A stretch of DNA of 64,000 nucleotides from Ignavibacteriota bacterium (GTDB taxonomy: Bacteria; Bacteroidota; Ignavibacteria; UBA10030; UBA6906). The notes under the pieces were generated by a model. That model was not told where the DNA came from. It did not search any database and saw only the letters and a program-made list of their open reading frames with translations. Below, piece by piece: positions 26,901-37,000 of this stretch. The position numbers and the translations under genes were made by a program. Position 1 is the stretch's first letter; each line of letters opens with the position of its first letter. The stretch spans positions 163,458-227,457 of the forward strand of contig CAWDEM010000008.1 of NCBI GenBank assembly GCA_963801355.1, given 5' to 3'.

Positions 26901-28176
26901 GACGGGCGTGGACAAAGGCTACTCAGCCGAGTTGATGATCAGGCTCGACTCGCTCGGGTACAAGGCCACGCTCGACACGGTGAAGCTGTCGATGGCGGTG
27001 TTTGATCCTGACGGGTACCAGCACCCGATGAACTCCTACGACACGACGGCGGGATCGTACTTCAAGTCGTGGTGGGGGAGTGAATGGGGCGGAGTCTACC
27101 GGTCGCTGACGTTCTCGACGGAGCCTGTGAAGTTTGACGACCCCGATACCGTATTCGCGCCTACCGCCACCGGGACAATTACGGTTGACGGTGTGTTGGA
27201 CGAGGCAGACTGGGCAAGAAGGTCTACACATCTGCTCTTCGGCAACGGTGCCTTCCTGAAGAAGGCATCCGGCCAGAATACGGTGACCGGAGAATTCGAC
27301 ATTAAAGCCACGTACGACTACTGGGATCAGGGTGTGTTCTACGGCACATTCCATCGGCCGAACACGGATAGTTCACTTGCAACGGTGAAGTTCCTGCGCA
27401 AGGGAGCAAACCTGTATATCGGCATCCAATCGGACGACAAGAGTATCTGCAAGTTCGACTGGGAAGGCGACGGGATGTTCCTGAAGATCAGGCGCGCGAA
27501 CGGGACCGATGTAGAGTTCAAGCTGTACTACCAGAACACCGGTACAGCGGCCGACACAATCCGGTACGAGCCACCCGCGGCCAATTACGGTCTGGGAGCG
27601 GGCAAGCTCGCTTCGGGTTCGAAAGCAAACGACACGACGGGTGTGGACAACGGGTACACGGCAGAATTGATGGTTAAGCTGGATTCTCTAGGCTATCTGC
27701 CGACGGCGCGTAACGTCCAGCTGTCGATGGCGGTGTTTGACCCCGACGGGTACCAGCACCCGATGAACTCCTACGACACGACGGCAGGATCGTACTACAA
27801 GTCGTGGTGGGGAAGCGAGTGGGGTGGGGTGTGGCGCGTCGTTTCCTTCGACAACCTCCTGGGAGTTGAGGGCGAACCGGGTGTCATTCCGCAGGTGTAC
27901 GCTCTGCACCAGAACTTCCCGAATCCATTTAATCCCAGCACGCGAATTCGCTTTGACGTGCCGGCGGCGAGCACGGTCCGCATTGCCGTCTTCGACGTCA
28001 CCGGCCGTGAAGTGGCATCGTTGGTGCAGGGGGATTATGCTCCCGGCACGTACACAACGACATTTGACGCCAGCAGGCTCGCGAGCGGCGTGTACTTCTA
28101 CAGGATGATGGCATTCGGTGTGGAAGGTGGCGGTGCTGCCTTCGTCACTACGAACAAGTTGGTGCTTTTGAAATAG
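23989..28176 (+). CDS. Giant T9SS-secreted surface protein: beta-helix-like N-terminus, 3 tandem CBM9/DOMON-like modules and a C-terminal sorting domain
   Basis: Signal peptide MGTMRRLTIPLVLILAVCSLANA. Gly/Thr-rich N-terminal ~550 aa. Three ~245-aa repeats each start FDDP...(L/V)DG(K/V)LDE(S/A)(E/D)W. Sorting domain LHQNFPNPFNPSTRI...GVYFYRM. Confidence 0.8.
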   Translation: MGTMRRLTIPLVLILAVCSLANAQVLWRSVASGNWGAITTWEYSTDWGGTWGVPPAAPATRDTASGFIINTGHTVVVEASPKYCGDLLVKAGGVLTTNVKQPTSDIRYIRIKGTQLTVDGVFGFAVDPSDSADVLSLQVYGPNQTLVIKGSGTINICRIRPHTGAGRTNIGVEFETNATITYIGSTGTGGAGIYSANDANNDNITFAVNPGRTVTMVDGCNLATSSSTSTDGTASTTFNIGGTVNMLGGNLNLRGAAGKNIVLNVTGTLNVGGSVYPTGTTGVTSTMNVSGTMNTGTLGKGTLYFDAPAQLVTGAGTFTVGQGATFRTGLPQGLPASGGQIRTNTVTFSPGANYAYVGTAAQTTGALLPVHVRGLAVANAAGVTLSKSTLVDSTLTLTSGALLTGADTLAVGPGGEVERTSGYVDGNLAKPTPGGATTFEVGAAGGYSPVVVNVTSGSGYAAVKAVNGSHPNLINSALALKRYWKLANMGITSADLTFAYPAADVQGTETAYVGARNTTGKEWSKYTTTVDAVAHTATVTGATVASDWTLGEPRAFSPFDDPAALIVPNALRPMTLDGKLDESEWASAPTLLFGNGAYLKKGMGEQTVTGGFDIKATYDYWDQGVFYGTFHRPNTDSSLAKVKFLRKGVNLYIGIQSDDKSICKFDWEGDGLFVKIKRSNGNDLEYKLYYQNIGTAADTIRYEGPGGLTNFGDGAGYLMTGSTANDTTNVDNGYSAELMIKLDSLGYTATLDTVKLSMAVFDPDGYQHPMNSYDTTAGSYYKSWWGSEWGGVYRSLLFSPEPVKFDDPPGIAVQNALRAMTVDGKLDESEWATAPTLAFGNGAFVKKAAGQKTVTGEFDIKATYDYYDQGKFYGTFHLPNTDSSLATVKFLRKGVNLYIGIQSNDKSICKFDWEGDGLFVKIKRSNGTDLEYKLYYQNIGTAADTIRYEPPAANYGEGAGYLFAGSKVNDTTGVDKGYSAELMIRLDSLGYKATLDTVKLSMAVFDPDGYQHPMNSYDTTAGSYFKSWWGSEWGGVYRSLTFSTEPVKFDDPDTVFAPTATGTITVDGVLDEADWARRSTHLLFGNGAFLKKASGQNTVTGEFDIKATYDYWDQGVFYGTFHRPNTDSSLATVKFLRKGANLYIGIQSDDKSICKFDWEGDGMFLKIRRANGTDVEFKLYYQNTGTAADTIRYEPPAANYGLGAGKLASGSKANDTTGVDNGYTAELMVKLDSLGYLPTARNVQLSMAVFDPDGYQHPMNSYDTTAGSYYKSWWGSEWGGVWRVVSFDNLLGVEGEPGVIPQVYALHQNFPNPFNPSTRIRFDVPAASTVRIAVFDVTGREVASLVQGDYAPGTYTTTFDASRLASGVYFYRMMAFGVEGGGAAFVTTNKLVLLK
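25663..27865 (+). repeat. Three in-frame tandem repeats of about 735 bp (coding)
   Basis: Units start at 25663, 26401 and 27133. Long identical peptide runs include KSICKFDWEGDG, LSMAVFDPDGYQHPMNSYDTTAGSY and KSWWGSEWGGV, with near-identical DNA. Confidence 0.9.
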
Positions 28177-28198
28177 TTGAATTGATGCAGACGAAGAG

Positions 28199-28233
28199 GT
28201 GGGGCTTTCTTTCATGACGGAAGAAAGCCCCAC
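28199..28233 (+). terminator. Stem-loop terminator/attenuator without a U-tract
   Basis: Perfect 13-bp stem GTGGGGCTTTCTT/AAGAAAGCCCCAC with a 9-nt loop, 23 nt after the stop codon at 28176. Confidence 0.55.
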
Positions 28234-28280
28234 TCTGCTGCCCGGAGGAGTTTCCAGACTTCGTAGAGGCACACCCGGCC

Positions 28281-29312
28281 GTGACCACAATCAAAGAAGT
28301 AGCCAGGAAGGCAGGCGTTTCGATTGCCACAGTTTCCCGCGTGTTGAACAACGTGGGAGCGGTGGATGAACGGACACGGGCGCTTGTGTCAAAGACCGTG
28401 GTGGAACTTCGGTACGTCCCCAATCCACTGGGGCGCGGTCTGAGCAGGCAAAAAACGGAAGCCATCGGTTTGCTGCTCCCCGATCTGTTCGGCGAGTTCT
28501 TCTCGGAAGTGATTCGCGGGGCTGACCAGACGGCGCAGCTCCACCGGTATCATCTGATGGTCTCCAGTTCTCATAACAGCCGCGCGGAGATCGAAGCTGC
28601 AATCCGGATGATGCGCGGACGTGTTGACGGTCTCCTGATCATGTCTCCGCATATCGACGAGCGGACTCTGAGGGAGAACCTCCCCCAGCACCTTCCTGTC
28701 GTACTCATCAATGCGCGGGTTTGTGGAGACGACTACGACTCGTACAACGTCGACAATCTTGCCGGGTCGGCGGCAATGGTGGAGCACCTTGTTACTCACG
28801 GTCACCACCGCATTGCGCTGATCAAGGGGATCGAAGACAACATCGACGCACTTGAGCGTCACCAGGGGTACCGGAAAGCGCTCGCCGCGGGCGGGATTGA
28901 GCAAGTACCCGAATACGAGATTGCCGGTGACTTCACGGAGGCGTCGGGATACAACGCCGTCCGTCAGATTCTTCAGCTTGATCCGCGGCCAACGGCGATA
29001 TTCGCGTGCAACGACACTGCGGCGATCGGTGCCATGAGCGCGCTCCGGGGAGCAGGCCTCCGCGTCCCCGACGACATTGCCGTGGCAGGCTTTGATGATA
29101 TTCCCATCAGTTCATATCTGAGACCTTCACTCACCACGGTACACGTGGGCATCGATAGAGTGGGAGTGCTTGCGGTGGAAACGCTTCTCCGCGCACTCGC
29201 AGAACGGAATGCCCACCGGAAGGAACACCGGATGATCCCCACGACACTGGCCCTCCGTGGATCCTGCGGATGTCCCGAAGTGAGCCTGCCGGTGTCCGCT
29301 GTTGCATCATAA
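28281..29312 (+). CDS. LacI-family transcriptional regulator
   Basis: N-terminal HTH TIKEVARKAGVSIATVSRVLNN followed by a periplasmic-binding-protein-like sugar-binding core. GTG start. Confidence 0.9.
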   Translation: MTTIKEVARKAGVSIATVSRVLNNVGAVDERTRALVSKTVVELRYVPNPLGRGLSRQKTEAIGLLLPDLFGEFFSEVIRGADQTAQLHRYHLMVSSSHNSRAEIEAAIRMMRGRVDGLLIMSPHIDERTLRENLPQHLPVVLINARVCGDDYDSYNVDNLAGSAAMVEHLVTHGHHRIALIKGIEDNIDALERHQGYRKALAAGGIEQVPEYEIAGDFTEASGYNAVRQILQLDPRPTAIFACNDTAAIGAMSALRGAGLRVPDDIAVAGFDDIPISSYLRPSLTTVHVGIDRVGVLAVETLLRALAERNAHRKEHRMIPTTLALRGSCGCPEVSLPVSAVAS

Positions 29313-29398
29313 GCGCGGGGAGCCATCCCCGGTCCCATGTACAAATGAGCAAATGCATACAGGAGTGTTCAGTCAACATACCATTGAGGGAGGTACGT

Positions 29399-31267
29399 AT
29401 GTATCAACGGCGACTCCTTGTGAGCGTGGCGCTGGTGCTGTGCGGAGTCACGCTTGCGTTGGGGCAGTATTCCCCGCGTAAGGATTATGTCTGGGCGCGG
29501 GATATTTCCGTGGCGGCGAGCCCTGCCATCACGCTTGACGGGCTGCTGACGGAAGCAGTCTGGGCGAAGGCGGAATCGATTCAGATTGCCTATGGTGTCA
29601 AAGACGGCAATCCCAACAGTGGATGGCTCACCAGAACACTCGGCGGAATACCGGCCGATAGTCCCCGCGCCACCATCAAGTTTCTTTCCGATAAGACCAC
29701 CAATCGCGTTTACATCGCCGTGATTGCCCAAGACAGTTCGGTTGGCGGTGCCGGATGGGAGAACGCTGACGGCCTTCTGGCGGGGATCTGTGATCGTAAG
29801 CAGAAGGCCTCGAGTCAGGTGACACTGCACCGTGATATCTTCATATCCTGGGTCGATTCCTCGGCCGAGGGGGCACTCCCGAATCTCACCGGCGGATCTC
29901 TGCCGAAAGCGGGGATCGTGACTGCCGCGGCTTCGGTAAATGGTGTCTCCAACAGCGACACGAATGCAACGGGTCAGCGTGTCGCTGACCTGGGCTATAC
30001 GATCGAGCTGGCCGTGGCACTCGACAGCATTGGATACAGGGCGAATAGCGATACGGTGGATGAGGTTCAGATCAACATAGATATCTGGGATGCCGACTGG
30101 CGCGGTGCCGCGGATGCTATCTTCTCGTGTGCTTGGTGGGGTCATGAGTGGGGAAATGACGGCGGGGGCATGGCGGGACGAATACTTGTGCGGCAGGATG
30201 TCAACGTCAATACCGCCACTCTTCCCGTGTACGGCCCGGACCTAGTCATCAAGAACGGGAGCAACTATCCGGCGATCGCCGTGGACGGTAGTCTGAACGA
30301 CGAGGTCTGGAGCGCGGTGGCTTCGTTCGATATCCAGTATGGAAACGCCGCTCTGCGTGCGACGTATCCGACTATCGGGAAGGACCGGAGCGGCGAGTGG
30401 AACCCCCAAATGAGTCAGCCCGTCGTAAATGCCGGTGTGACCAAAGTGAAGCTGACGTTCCAGGGAGACAAGCTGTTTCTCGGTGCCGATGTGAGCGACC
30501 GCTCTCTAAATAGCTTCGCGAGCGCCACTGCGTTTGATGGTGTCCAACTCACAATGACGCTCCCCATCGACTCACTCCGCGACAAACTTGCCCACGCCCT
30601 GCCGGATCGGCGCTTCGGGATTGCCCTCAATGCGGGGTCTCCAATGCTGCTCTGGGACGGGGTTGACTGGACTTCGACCATTGCGTACGGGATCGCGCTG
30701 AAGACCGGCTCGACGATCGACAACAACAACGACGTGGACTTGGGGTACACGGTTGAAGCTTCCTTTGACCTGTCAAAGATGGGGTACACGGCGGGCCAGC
30801 AGAACAAAACAGTGGCAATCGGCGTGACCGCGTACGATTATGACATCACTCCCACAAGTAGCCCGGGGGTGTGGGCATGGTGGTTCCGAGAAGCGCCGGG
30901 AAAAGCCAGTCCCGCATTCTGTGTCCTTGACAATAGCGCCTTGCTTGTGAGTGTGGCTGATGACCCGGTTGCAGGGTTCCCCCTGGAATTCACACTGCGG
31001 GGGGCCTATCCGAATCCCTTCAATCCCACAACGACATTCTGTTTCGACCTGCCGGAAGCCGGGCGGGCAACCCTGGTCCTGTACGACGTCCTCGGACGCA
31101 TGGTGCGGCACATCGATCTCGGACGGTTGGAGAGCGGTTCGTACGAACGACCGGTGGATGCTTCGTCGCTTGCGAGCGGTGCATATGTGAGCCGGATCGA
31201 GTTTGTTGCGGAGCGGACCGGTGCGCGGAGGTTGTCGGAGAGCATTCGTCTGATGCTTGTCAAATAG
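29399..31267 (+). CDS. T9SS-secreted protein with two CBM9/DOMON-like modules
   Basis: GGGAGG RBS before ATG 29399. Signal peptide LLVSVALVLCGVTLALGQ. ITLDGLLTEAVWAKAESIQI and IAVDGSLNDEVWSAVASFDI match the CBM9-like IDGxLDExxW signature. Sorting domain LRGAYPNPFNPTTTF. Confidence 0.7.
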   Translation: MYQRRLLVSVALVLCGVTLALGQYSPRKDYVWARDISVAASPAITLDGLLTEAVWAKAESIQIAYGVKDGNPNSGWLTRTLGGIPADSPRATIKFLSDKTTNRVYIAVIAQDSSVGGAGWENADGLLAGICDRKQKASSQVTLHRDIFISWVDSSAEGALPNLTGGSLPKAGIVTAAASVNGVSNSDTNATGQRVADLGYTIELAVALDSIGYRANSDTVDEVQINIDIWDADWRGAADAIFSCAWWGHEWGNDGGGMAGRILVRQDVNVNTATLPVYGPDLVIKNGSNYPAIAVDGSLNDEVWSAVASFDIQYGNAALRATYPTIGKDRSGEWNPQMSQPVVNAGVTKVKLTFQGDKLFLGADVSDRSLNSFASATAFDGVQLTMTLPIDSLRDKLAHALPDRRFGIALNAGSPMLLWDGVDWTSTIAYGIALKTGSTIDNNNDVDLGYTVEASFDLSKMGYTAGQQNKTVAIGVTAYDYDITPTSSPGVWAWWFREAPGKASPAFCVLDNSALLVSVADDPVAGFPLEFTLRGAYPNPFNPTTTFCFDLPEAGRATLVLYDVLGRMVRHIDLGRLESGSYERPVDASSLASGAYVSRIEFVAERTGARRLSESIRLMLVK

Positions 31268-31348
31268 GCTGTGCCTTTCCTGCATCGTCTCATGGAGGAG
31301 GCAGCGCTGCAACCGCCTCCTCTTCCTTTCCATGGTGGTGAGGAACGT

Positions 31349-34024
31349 ATGAAGCATCCACGCTTTCAACGCGCATGCCTCTTCATAAGTCCGGCCGCCG
31401 TTGTGCTGCTCGCCGGCTTCATGGGGCTGCTCCTGCTGTCCCCGCAGGCTCTGGCTGACACCAGCGGAAAACTGACGGGGAAAATCATTGATCAGAACAA
31501 TCAGCCTGTGCCTTCCGCCAATATCGTTCTCCTGGGAACGACCACAGGGACAGTCGCAGATGTGGAAGGCGATTTCACGGTATTGAACGTTCCCGTGGGC
31601 ACGTATGACGTCCGTGTGGGAGCCGTCGGGTATCAACCCCGGTTGGTGAAGGGTGTTGTGATCAGTGCCGGGCAAACCACCACATTGAACGTCACCATCA
31701 CCGAGACCATGATCGAAACCAACGAGGTGGTCACCGTGGCGGAGCGGCCGCTCGTGGATACGCGGATGACGAGTTCAATGGCAATTCTGAGCAAGGATGA
31801 TATTTCCGCGCTCCCTGTCCAGAGTCTGAACGACGTTGTCAGCCTTCAGGCGGGTGTCGTGGACGGGCATTTCCGGGGGGGGCGGGCCGGGGAAGTGCAG
31901 TATCAGGTCGACGGCGTATCGGTGAATAACCCGTACGATAACTCTTCGGTACTGACGCTCGACAAGTCCGTCCTGCAGGAAGTTCAGGTGATCAGCGGGT
32001 CGTTCGACCCTGAGTACGGACAGGCGATGAGCGGGGTTGTCAACGCCGTGCTGCGGACCGGTTCTGAAGAGCGGTACGAAGCCAGTGCCGAGGTATTTGC
32101 CGGCTCGTATCTTCCGGGTCCGGCTGATGCCGGTGATTTTCCCTATATGAAAGCAGTCCCTCCGGCCATTCAGAACTACACTATTTCCATCGGGGGCCCG
32201 GTGCCCCTGCCGCGCACATCATTTCTCCTTAACGTCCGACGCTATCAGGACAACGGGTATCTGTACGGGGTCCGTCGTTTCGTACCTTCAGATATATCCG
32301 ACTTCGCACAAAAGGTCTTTCGCCCCACAGGCGACGATGAGGAAGTCCCGCTGGCGAAGTCTGAAGAATGGTCGGGCCAATTGAAGATTGCGAACCGTGC
32401 CCTCGGCGATCTTCAGATAAGCTATCAGGCGATCGGGAGTACCAGCAAGGCAAGCGCCTCTGATTTTGCCTACAGGTTCAATCCTGACGGACAACGGACG
32501 CAAAGGCGATTCTCTCTCGTCCACGGTTTCGAGGTGTCACATTCTCTTTCGCCTGCGCTCTTCTATACGGTCAGCCTGCGGCAAAACTATTTTCATTACA
32601 AGGATTACGCCTTCGAATCAGTGCTCGACCCCGGGTATCTTGCGGCGGGGGTTCCGCGCGGCGATGCAAACTATGAGCTCGGGGCGATCCTGCAGGGGTA
32701 CAACCTCGGCAGGTTCGAGCAGAAGACAAATGCCTTTCTGGTGAAGGGAGCGGTGACGGCGCAGATCGGGCCGTACAATCTGGTGAAGCTCGGCATTGAA
32801 GGGCAGACGTCGGCCATCGGATTTGGTTCGCCGGGAACCCTCGGAGGTGTTGTGCTCGACGGGACGCACTCCGATGTCTATCTGGTGCCTGACTCCCTGG
32901 CGCAGAATTACCGGACCTATTATCCGGTCTCGATCGCGGCGTTTTTGCAGGACCGGATTGAGTTCACCGACTTTCTCGTCCGCGCCGGAGTCCGCGCGGA
33001 ATACTATGATTCCCGCTCAACGGTTCCGAGTGATCTCGAAAATCCCGCAAACGTGATTGCGGGAGCTCCCGAGTCTGTCCCGGTGAGGACTTCCCGGAAG
33101 GTCGTTATCGCTCCCCGGCTCGGGATCTCGTATCCCATTACCGCCGGCGGGGCGATCTACTTTTCCTGGGGACACTTCTACCAGATGCCGGGATTCGGCA
33201 ATCTGTACGCCAGTTCGGACTACTCGATTCTCAAGAACCTGCAGGCCGGTTCTTCACGGTTCAGCGTGATGGGCAATCCCGACATCAAACCGGAGTTCAC
33301 CGAACAGTACGAATTCGGTGTGAAGCAGGAATTCGCGCGCCAGCTGGGGATAGACCTCAGCGTGTATTACAAGGACATAGAGAATCTTCTGGGGGTGGAG
33401 TTCATTGACACCTACGCCGACTCGCGTTATGCCAGATACACGAACGTCGATTTCGGTTCGGTGTATGGCGTGAAGACAACGGTGGATTACCGTCTATCGG
33501 CATCGCTGTCGTTCTCGCTGAACTACACATTCCAGAACGCGCTGGGCAATTCGAGTGATCCGGCGGAGACAGCGAACCGGGCGGCAGCGGGGGAGGATCC
33601 GCGTCCCCGGCAGATACCGTTCGGGTGGGATCAGCGTCACACGCTGAATCTTTCCGCCGCACTGGCTGAGCCGAAGAGCTACAGTGCCACCGTCATCCTC
33701 CGGTACGGGAGCGGAAGTCCGTATACGCCGGCAGTCGGGTCCGGGTTCGGGGCGCAGCTCGAGCGCAATTCCTCCCCGAAACCGGCGTGGGTGAGCGTGG
33801 ACCTTCGCGGCGAATGGTACCCGCCGATCGACGTCCTGGATTGCTCGGTGTTCCTGCGCGTCGTGAACCTGTTTGATTCCCGTTACTCCAACGGATTTGT
33901 GTTTGCCACGACCGGGAGCCCATACTACACGCTGACCCCGCCGGCGGATGCCGTTTCGCTGATCAACCCGTCGCGCTTTGCCGCGCCCCGGCGCATCGAA
34001 CTCGGAATCGGGCTTCGTTATTGA
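31349..34024 (+). CDS. TonB-dependent receptor with N-terminal carboxypeptidase-regulatory-like domain
   Basis: GKLTGKIIDQNNQPVPSANIVLLGTTTGTVADVEGDFTVLNVPVGTYDV is CarboxypepD_reg-like. Plug region SKDDISALPVQSLNDVVSLQAGV. Long beta-barrel ending ELGIGLRY with a terminal aromatic residue. Confidence 0.8.
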   Translation: MKHPRFQRACLFISPAAVVLLAGFMGLLLLSPQALADTSGKLTGKIIDQNNQPVPSANIVLLGTTTGTVADVEGDFTVLNVPVGTYDVRVGAVGYQPRLVKGVVISAGQTTTLNVTITETMIETNEVVTVAERPLVDTRMTSSMAILSKDDISALPVQSLNDVVSLQAGVVDGHFRGGRAGEVQYQVDGVSVNNPYDNSSVLTLDKSVLQEVQVISGSFDPEYGQAMSGVVNAVLRTGSEERYEASAEVFAGSYLPGPADAGDFPYMKAVPPAIQNYTISIGGPVPLPRTSFLLNVRRYQDNGYLYGVRRFVPSDISDFAQKVFRPTGDDEEVPLAKSEEWSGQLKIANRALGDLQISYQAIGSTSKASASDFAYRFNPDGQRTQRRFSLVHGFEVSHSLSPALFYTVSLRQNYFHYKDYAFESVLDPGYLAAGVPRGDANYELGAILQGYNLGRFEQKTNAFLVKGAVTAQIGPYNLVKLGIEGQTSAIGFGSPGTLGGVVLDGTHSDVYLVPDSLAQNYRTYYPVSIAAFLQDRIEFTDFLVRAGVRAEYYDSRSTVPSDLENPANVIAGAPESVPVRTSRKVVIAPRLGISYPITAGGAIYFSWGHFYQMPGFGNLYASSDYSILKNLQAGSSRFSVMGNPDIKPEFTEQYEFGVKQEFARQLGIDLSVYYKDIENLLGVEFIDTYADSRYARYTNVDFGSVYGVKTTVDYRLSASLSFSLNYTFQNALGNSSDPAETANRAAAGEDPRPRQIPFGWDQRHTLNLSAALAEPKSYSATVILRYGSGSPYTPAVGSGFGAQLERNSSPKPAWVSVDLRGEWYPPIDVLDCSVFLRVVNLFDSRYSNGFVFATTGSPYYTLTPPADAVSLINPSRFAAPRRIELGIGLRY

Positions 34025-34034
34025 AGGAGTTGCC

Positions 34035-37000
34035 ATGAACCGGATCTTGAACAAAGCGTCCCACGTTGAAGGAATCGCCCGGTGGCCCGGAATGCTGGTG
34101 CTCTGCTTCTGCCTTGCCGGGAGCGCGATTGCACAGGATGTCCTGCAGCCTGTGGTGCCGAAACACCTCCGCGGCCGGAACGATGCGGAGCGCTCGGGAA
34201 CGCATGATGCGGGGAATATCCGGACCGTGTTCTACAACTACGGCATGGTGGGTTCGTATCCTGATGATCCGATCAACGTGGATCTCTCCATCTTTCATTC
34301 GGCCGAGGTCCCCAAAGGGACAGGAATGAACTACAGTGACGGGATCACTCCTTTTGTCCTCGGCCGCGTGCAGCAGCAAAACGGCGTGCCCGCATACATC
34401 ATGGAGACGGGTTTCCGTGAGCGGCAGGTAGAGAGCCCGTACACGCAGAAGATCATGCGGTTTGAACCGCGCCCGGGGTATATGCAGGCGAATCCCGGCA
34501 TCAACGTCGGGCGGTCCATCGCGATGAGCAATGACAGCAGGACCTGGCCGGACACGTGGCCGGACAAAGAGAGCGACGCCTTCGACCCCGGCTGGCCCGG
34601 GAGCTGGAACGGCTATTTCGGGAAACGACCGAACGCCGATCAGGAAAGTTTCTTCGTCATGGATGACGATTTCTACGATGCGTGGAATTTCTATCCCGAC
34701 GCGACGCGTGATATGACACGGCGCGGGCTGGGATTGCGTGTGGAAGTGCGCGGATTCCAGTGGGCAAATCCGCAGGCAACGAATGTCATCTTCTGGCATT
34801 ATGACATCGTGAACGAAGGGAGCACGTCCTACTCCGACATTCTCTTCGGCCTCTACATGGACTCCGGCGTCGGAGGATCGACATACTCGTGCGATGGGAT
34901 TGCAGAGTCGGACGACGACAACGCCTATTTTGACCGATCATTCGGACTAAATCTCACCTATACATGGGACAAGTTCGGGCACGGGACCGATCTCTCGAGC
35001 AACTGTGCGGTGACCGGCTATCTGGGCTATGCCTACCTGGAGACACCCGGCAACAGTTTCAACGCCCAGGATGACGATCAGGACGGGATTGTCGATGAGA
35101 GCCGCGACAATGCGGCGGGAGAACTGGTGCTCGGCCGGGACAATATCCGGGCCCGCGTGCAGGCGAAGTACGGGATGTCGTCATTCGAAATCTTTTACGG
35201 GCCGCTTGCGTCACGCCCCGCCTACCGCGTCGGCCGCTGGTGGACCGGCGATGAGAACATGAACTGGGTCGCGGACTATGATGATGTCGGCCAGGACGGA
35301 CTTGCCGGCACGAACGACCCCGGTGAAGGGGATGGAATGCCCACAGACGGAGAACCTGACTTCAATCAGACCGACAAGGATGAATCGGACCAGATCGGCC
35401 TGACCGGATTCAAGATGAACCGGATCAAAGGGCCGTCGCGGAGCGACCCCGTGGACGACATCGTGTTCTTCGGGCTCTGGCCGCCCTTGCTCTACCAGCA
35501 GTTCACCGATCCGACCCCCTCCGCACGGTTCGATGCCTCTGTCGTCCTCAACTACAACATCGGCTTTCTGTTTGCTTCCGGCCCGTTCGAACTCCGCAAG
35601 GGAAAGCGCGAGCGTTTCAGCCTTGCGCTGGCCTACGGGGCGGATCTGGACGAGCTGCGGACCCAGGTGAAAACCGTGCAGCAGATCTACAACGCCAACT
35701 ACCAGTTTGCCGTCCCCCCACCGGTCCCCGTCGTGCGTGCCGAAACCGGTGACACCTTTGTCCGGCTTTCGTGGAGCGACGTCTCGGAGCGGGGGATCGA
35801 CCCGGTAACGAGAGAAAACGATTTCGAAGGGTTCCGGGTCTACAGATCAACAGATCCGGAGTTTCGCGATCCGAGAGTCGTCACCAACGCCCGGGGAACC
35901 GGTACGTTCGGCAACGGGAGACCGATAGCGCAGTTCGATCTGAAGAATGACATCAAAGGTTTTTCACGGCAGGTGATTGACGGGGTTGCGTACGATCTGG
36001 GGACGGATTCCGGTCTCCGGCACACGTACCTCGACACCCTGGTCAACAACGGGCAGGAGTATTTCTACGCCGTGTGTGCATACGACCGGGGATCGGATTC
36101 CCTGGGTTTCTATCCTTCGGAAAATTCCATTCCCGTCTCCCGCACGCCGCGGGGCGGGGTCGTTCTGCCGCCGAACGTGGTCCAGGTCCGGCCCGAGCCG
36201 CGCGTGCCGGGTTTCGTTGACGCCGGCGCATCGCCCGTGAGGCAGGTCCAGGGTGACGGCACGGCCGATATCCAGATCGAGATCGTCGATTCGAAGCAGG
36301 TGCCGGACACCCGCACGTACCATCTCCGGTTCGCGACGGATCGGGTCAACGGGATACATGCGACGCGATACGAACTGGTGGACAGCGTGTTGCAGAAAGC
36401 CGTCTTCAGTTTCGGGACGGATTTCTCCGGCGAGCGGCGCGGTCCGGTGGGGAACGGGTTGCTGCCGGTTATCAGGACGCCCGAGTTTCCTCAGGTTGAC
36501 ACCCTCAAAAGCGGCTTCCGGCCCGGTGCCGTCACGAACGCGAAACTGCGGATCACCAATGTGGATAAGGACTCGACGGATGTGCGCCGGGAGGGGTACC
36601 CGAGTGACTTCAGGATCACATTCGGCACCGTGGCGCTTGACACGACGGTTCTCTCGATCTACGGCGATGCCATGCCGGTGAAGTTCAAGGTCGAGGCGGT
36701 CTCGTCGCAAGAGCCCCGGAAGATGAAGGTCTATTTCCTCGACGCGGATGCGGACAGCACGCTGAGTGTCGCCGGGGATCTTCTGATTGTCGTGACCTCC
36801 ATCGCGGGATCTTCCTCACCGACCGTCACGTGGCTTGTGCAGATCGACACGACCGGCCCCGGGGGGGCAGCCGGCGTGATCCCCCCCCGCGCAGGGGATA
36901 TCTATGATGCGAAGTTGAGAATCCCGCTCGGTCCTGCAGACATCTTCTCTTTCACTGTCACCGGACAGCGCGTGGATGCCGGCACGGCGGTCGCGGACTA

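Noticed and set aside
25663-27865. Tandem repeats here and at 63036-63265 considered as a CRISPR-like or satellite array
   Set aside because: The repeats are contiguous with no unique spacers, are in frame within long ORFs, and encode conserved protein modules. No cas genes are present.
29335-29365. Possible additional LacI operator (TGTACAAATGAGCAAATGCATACA) upstream of 29399
   Set aside because: It is not palindromic once the half-sites are compared, and its spacing is incompatible with the 14-bp LacI consensus found at 23832 and 23865.
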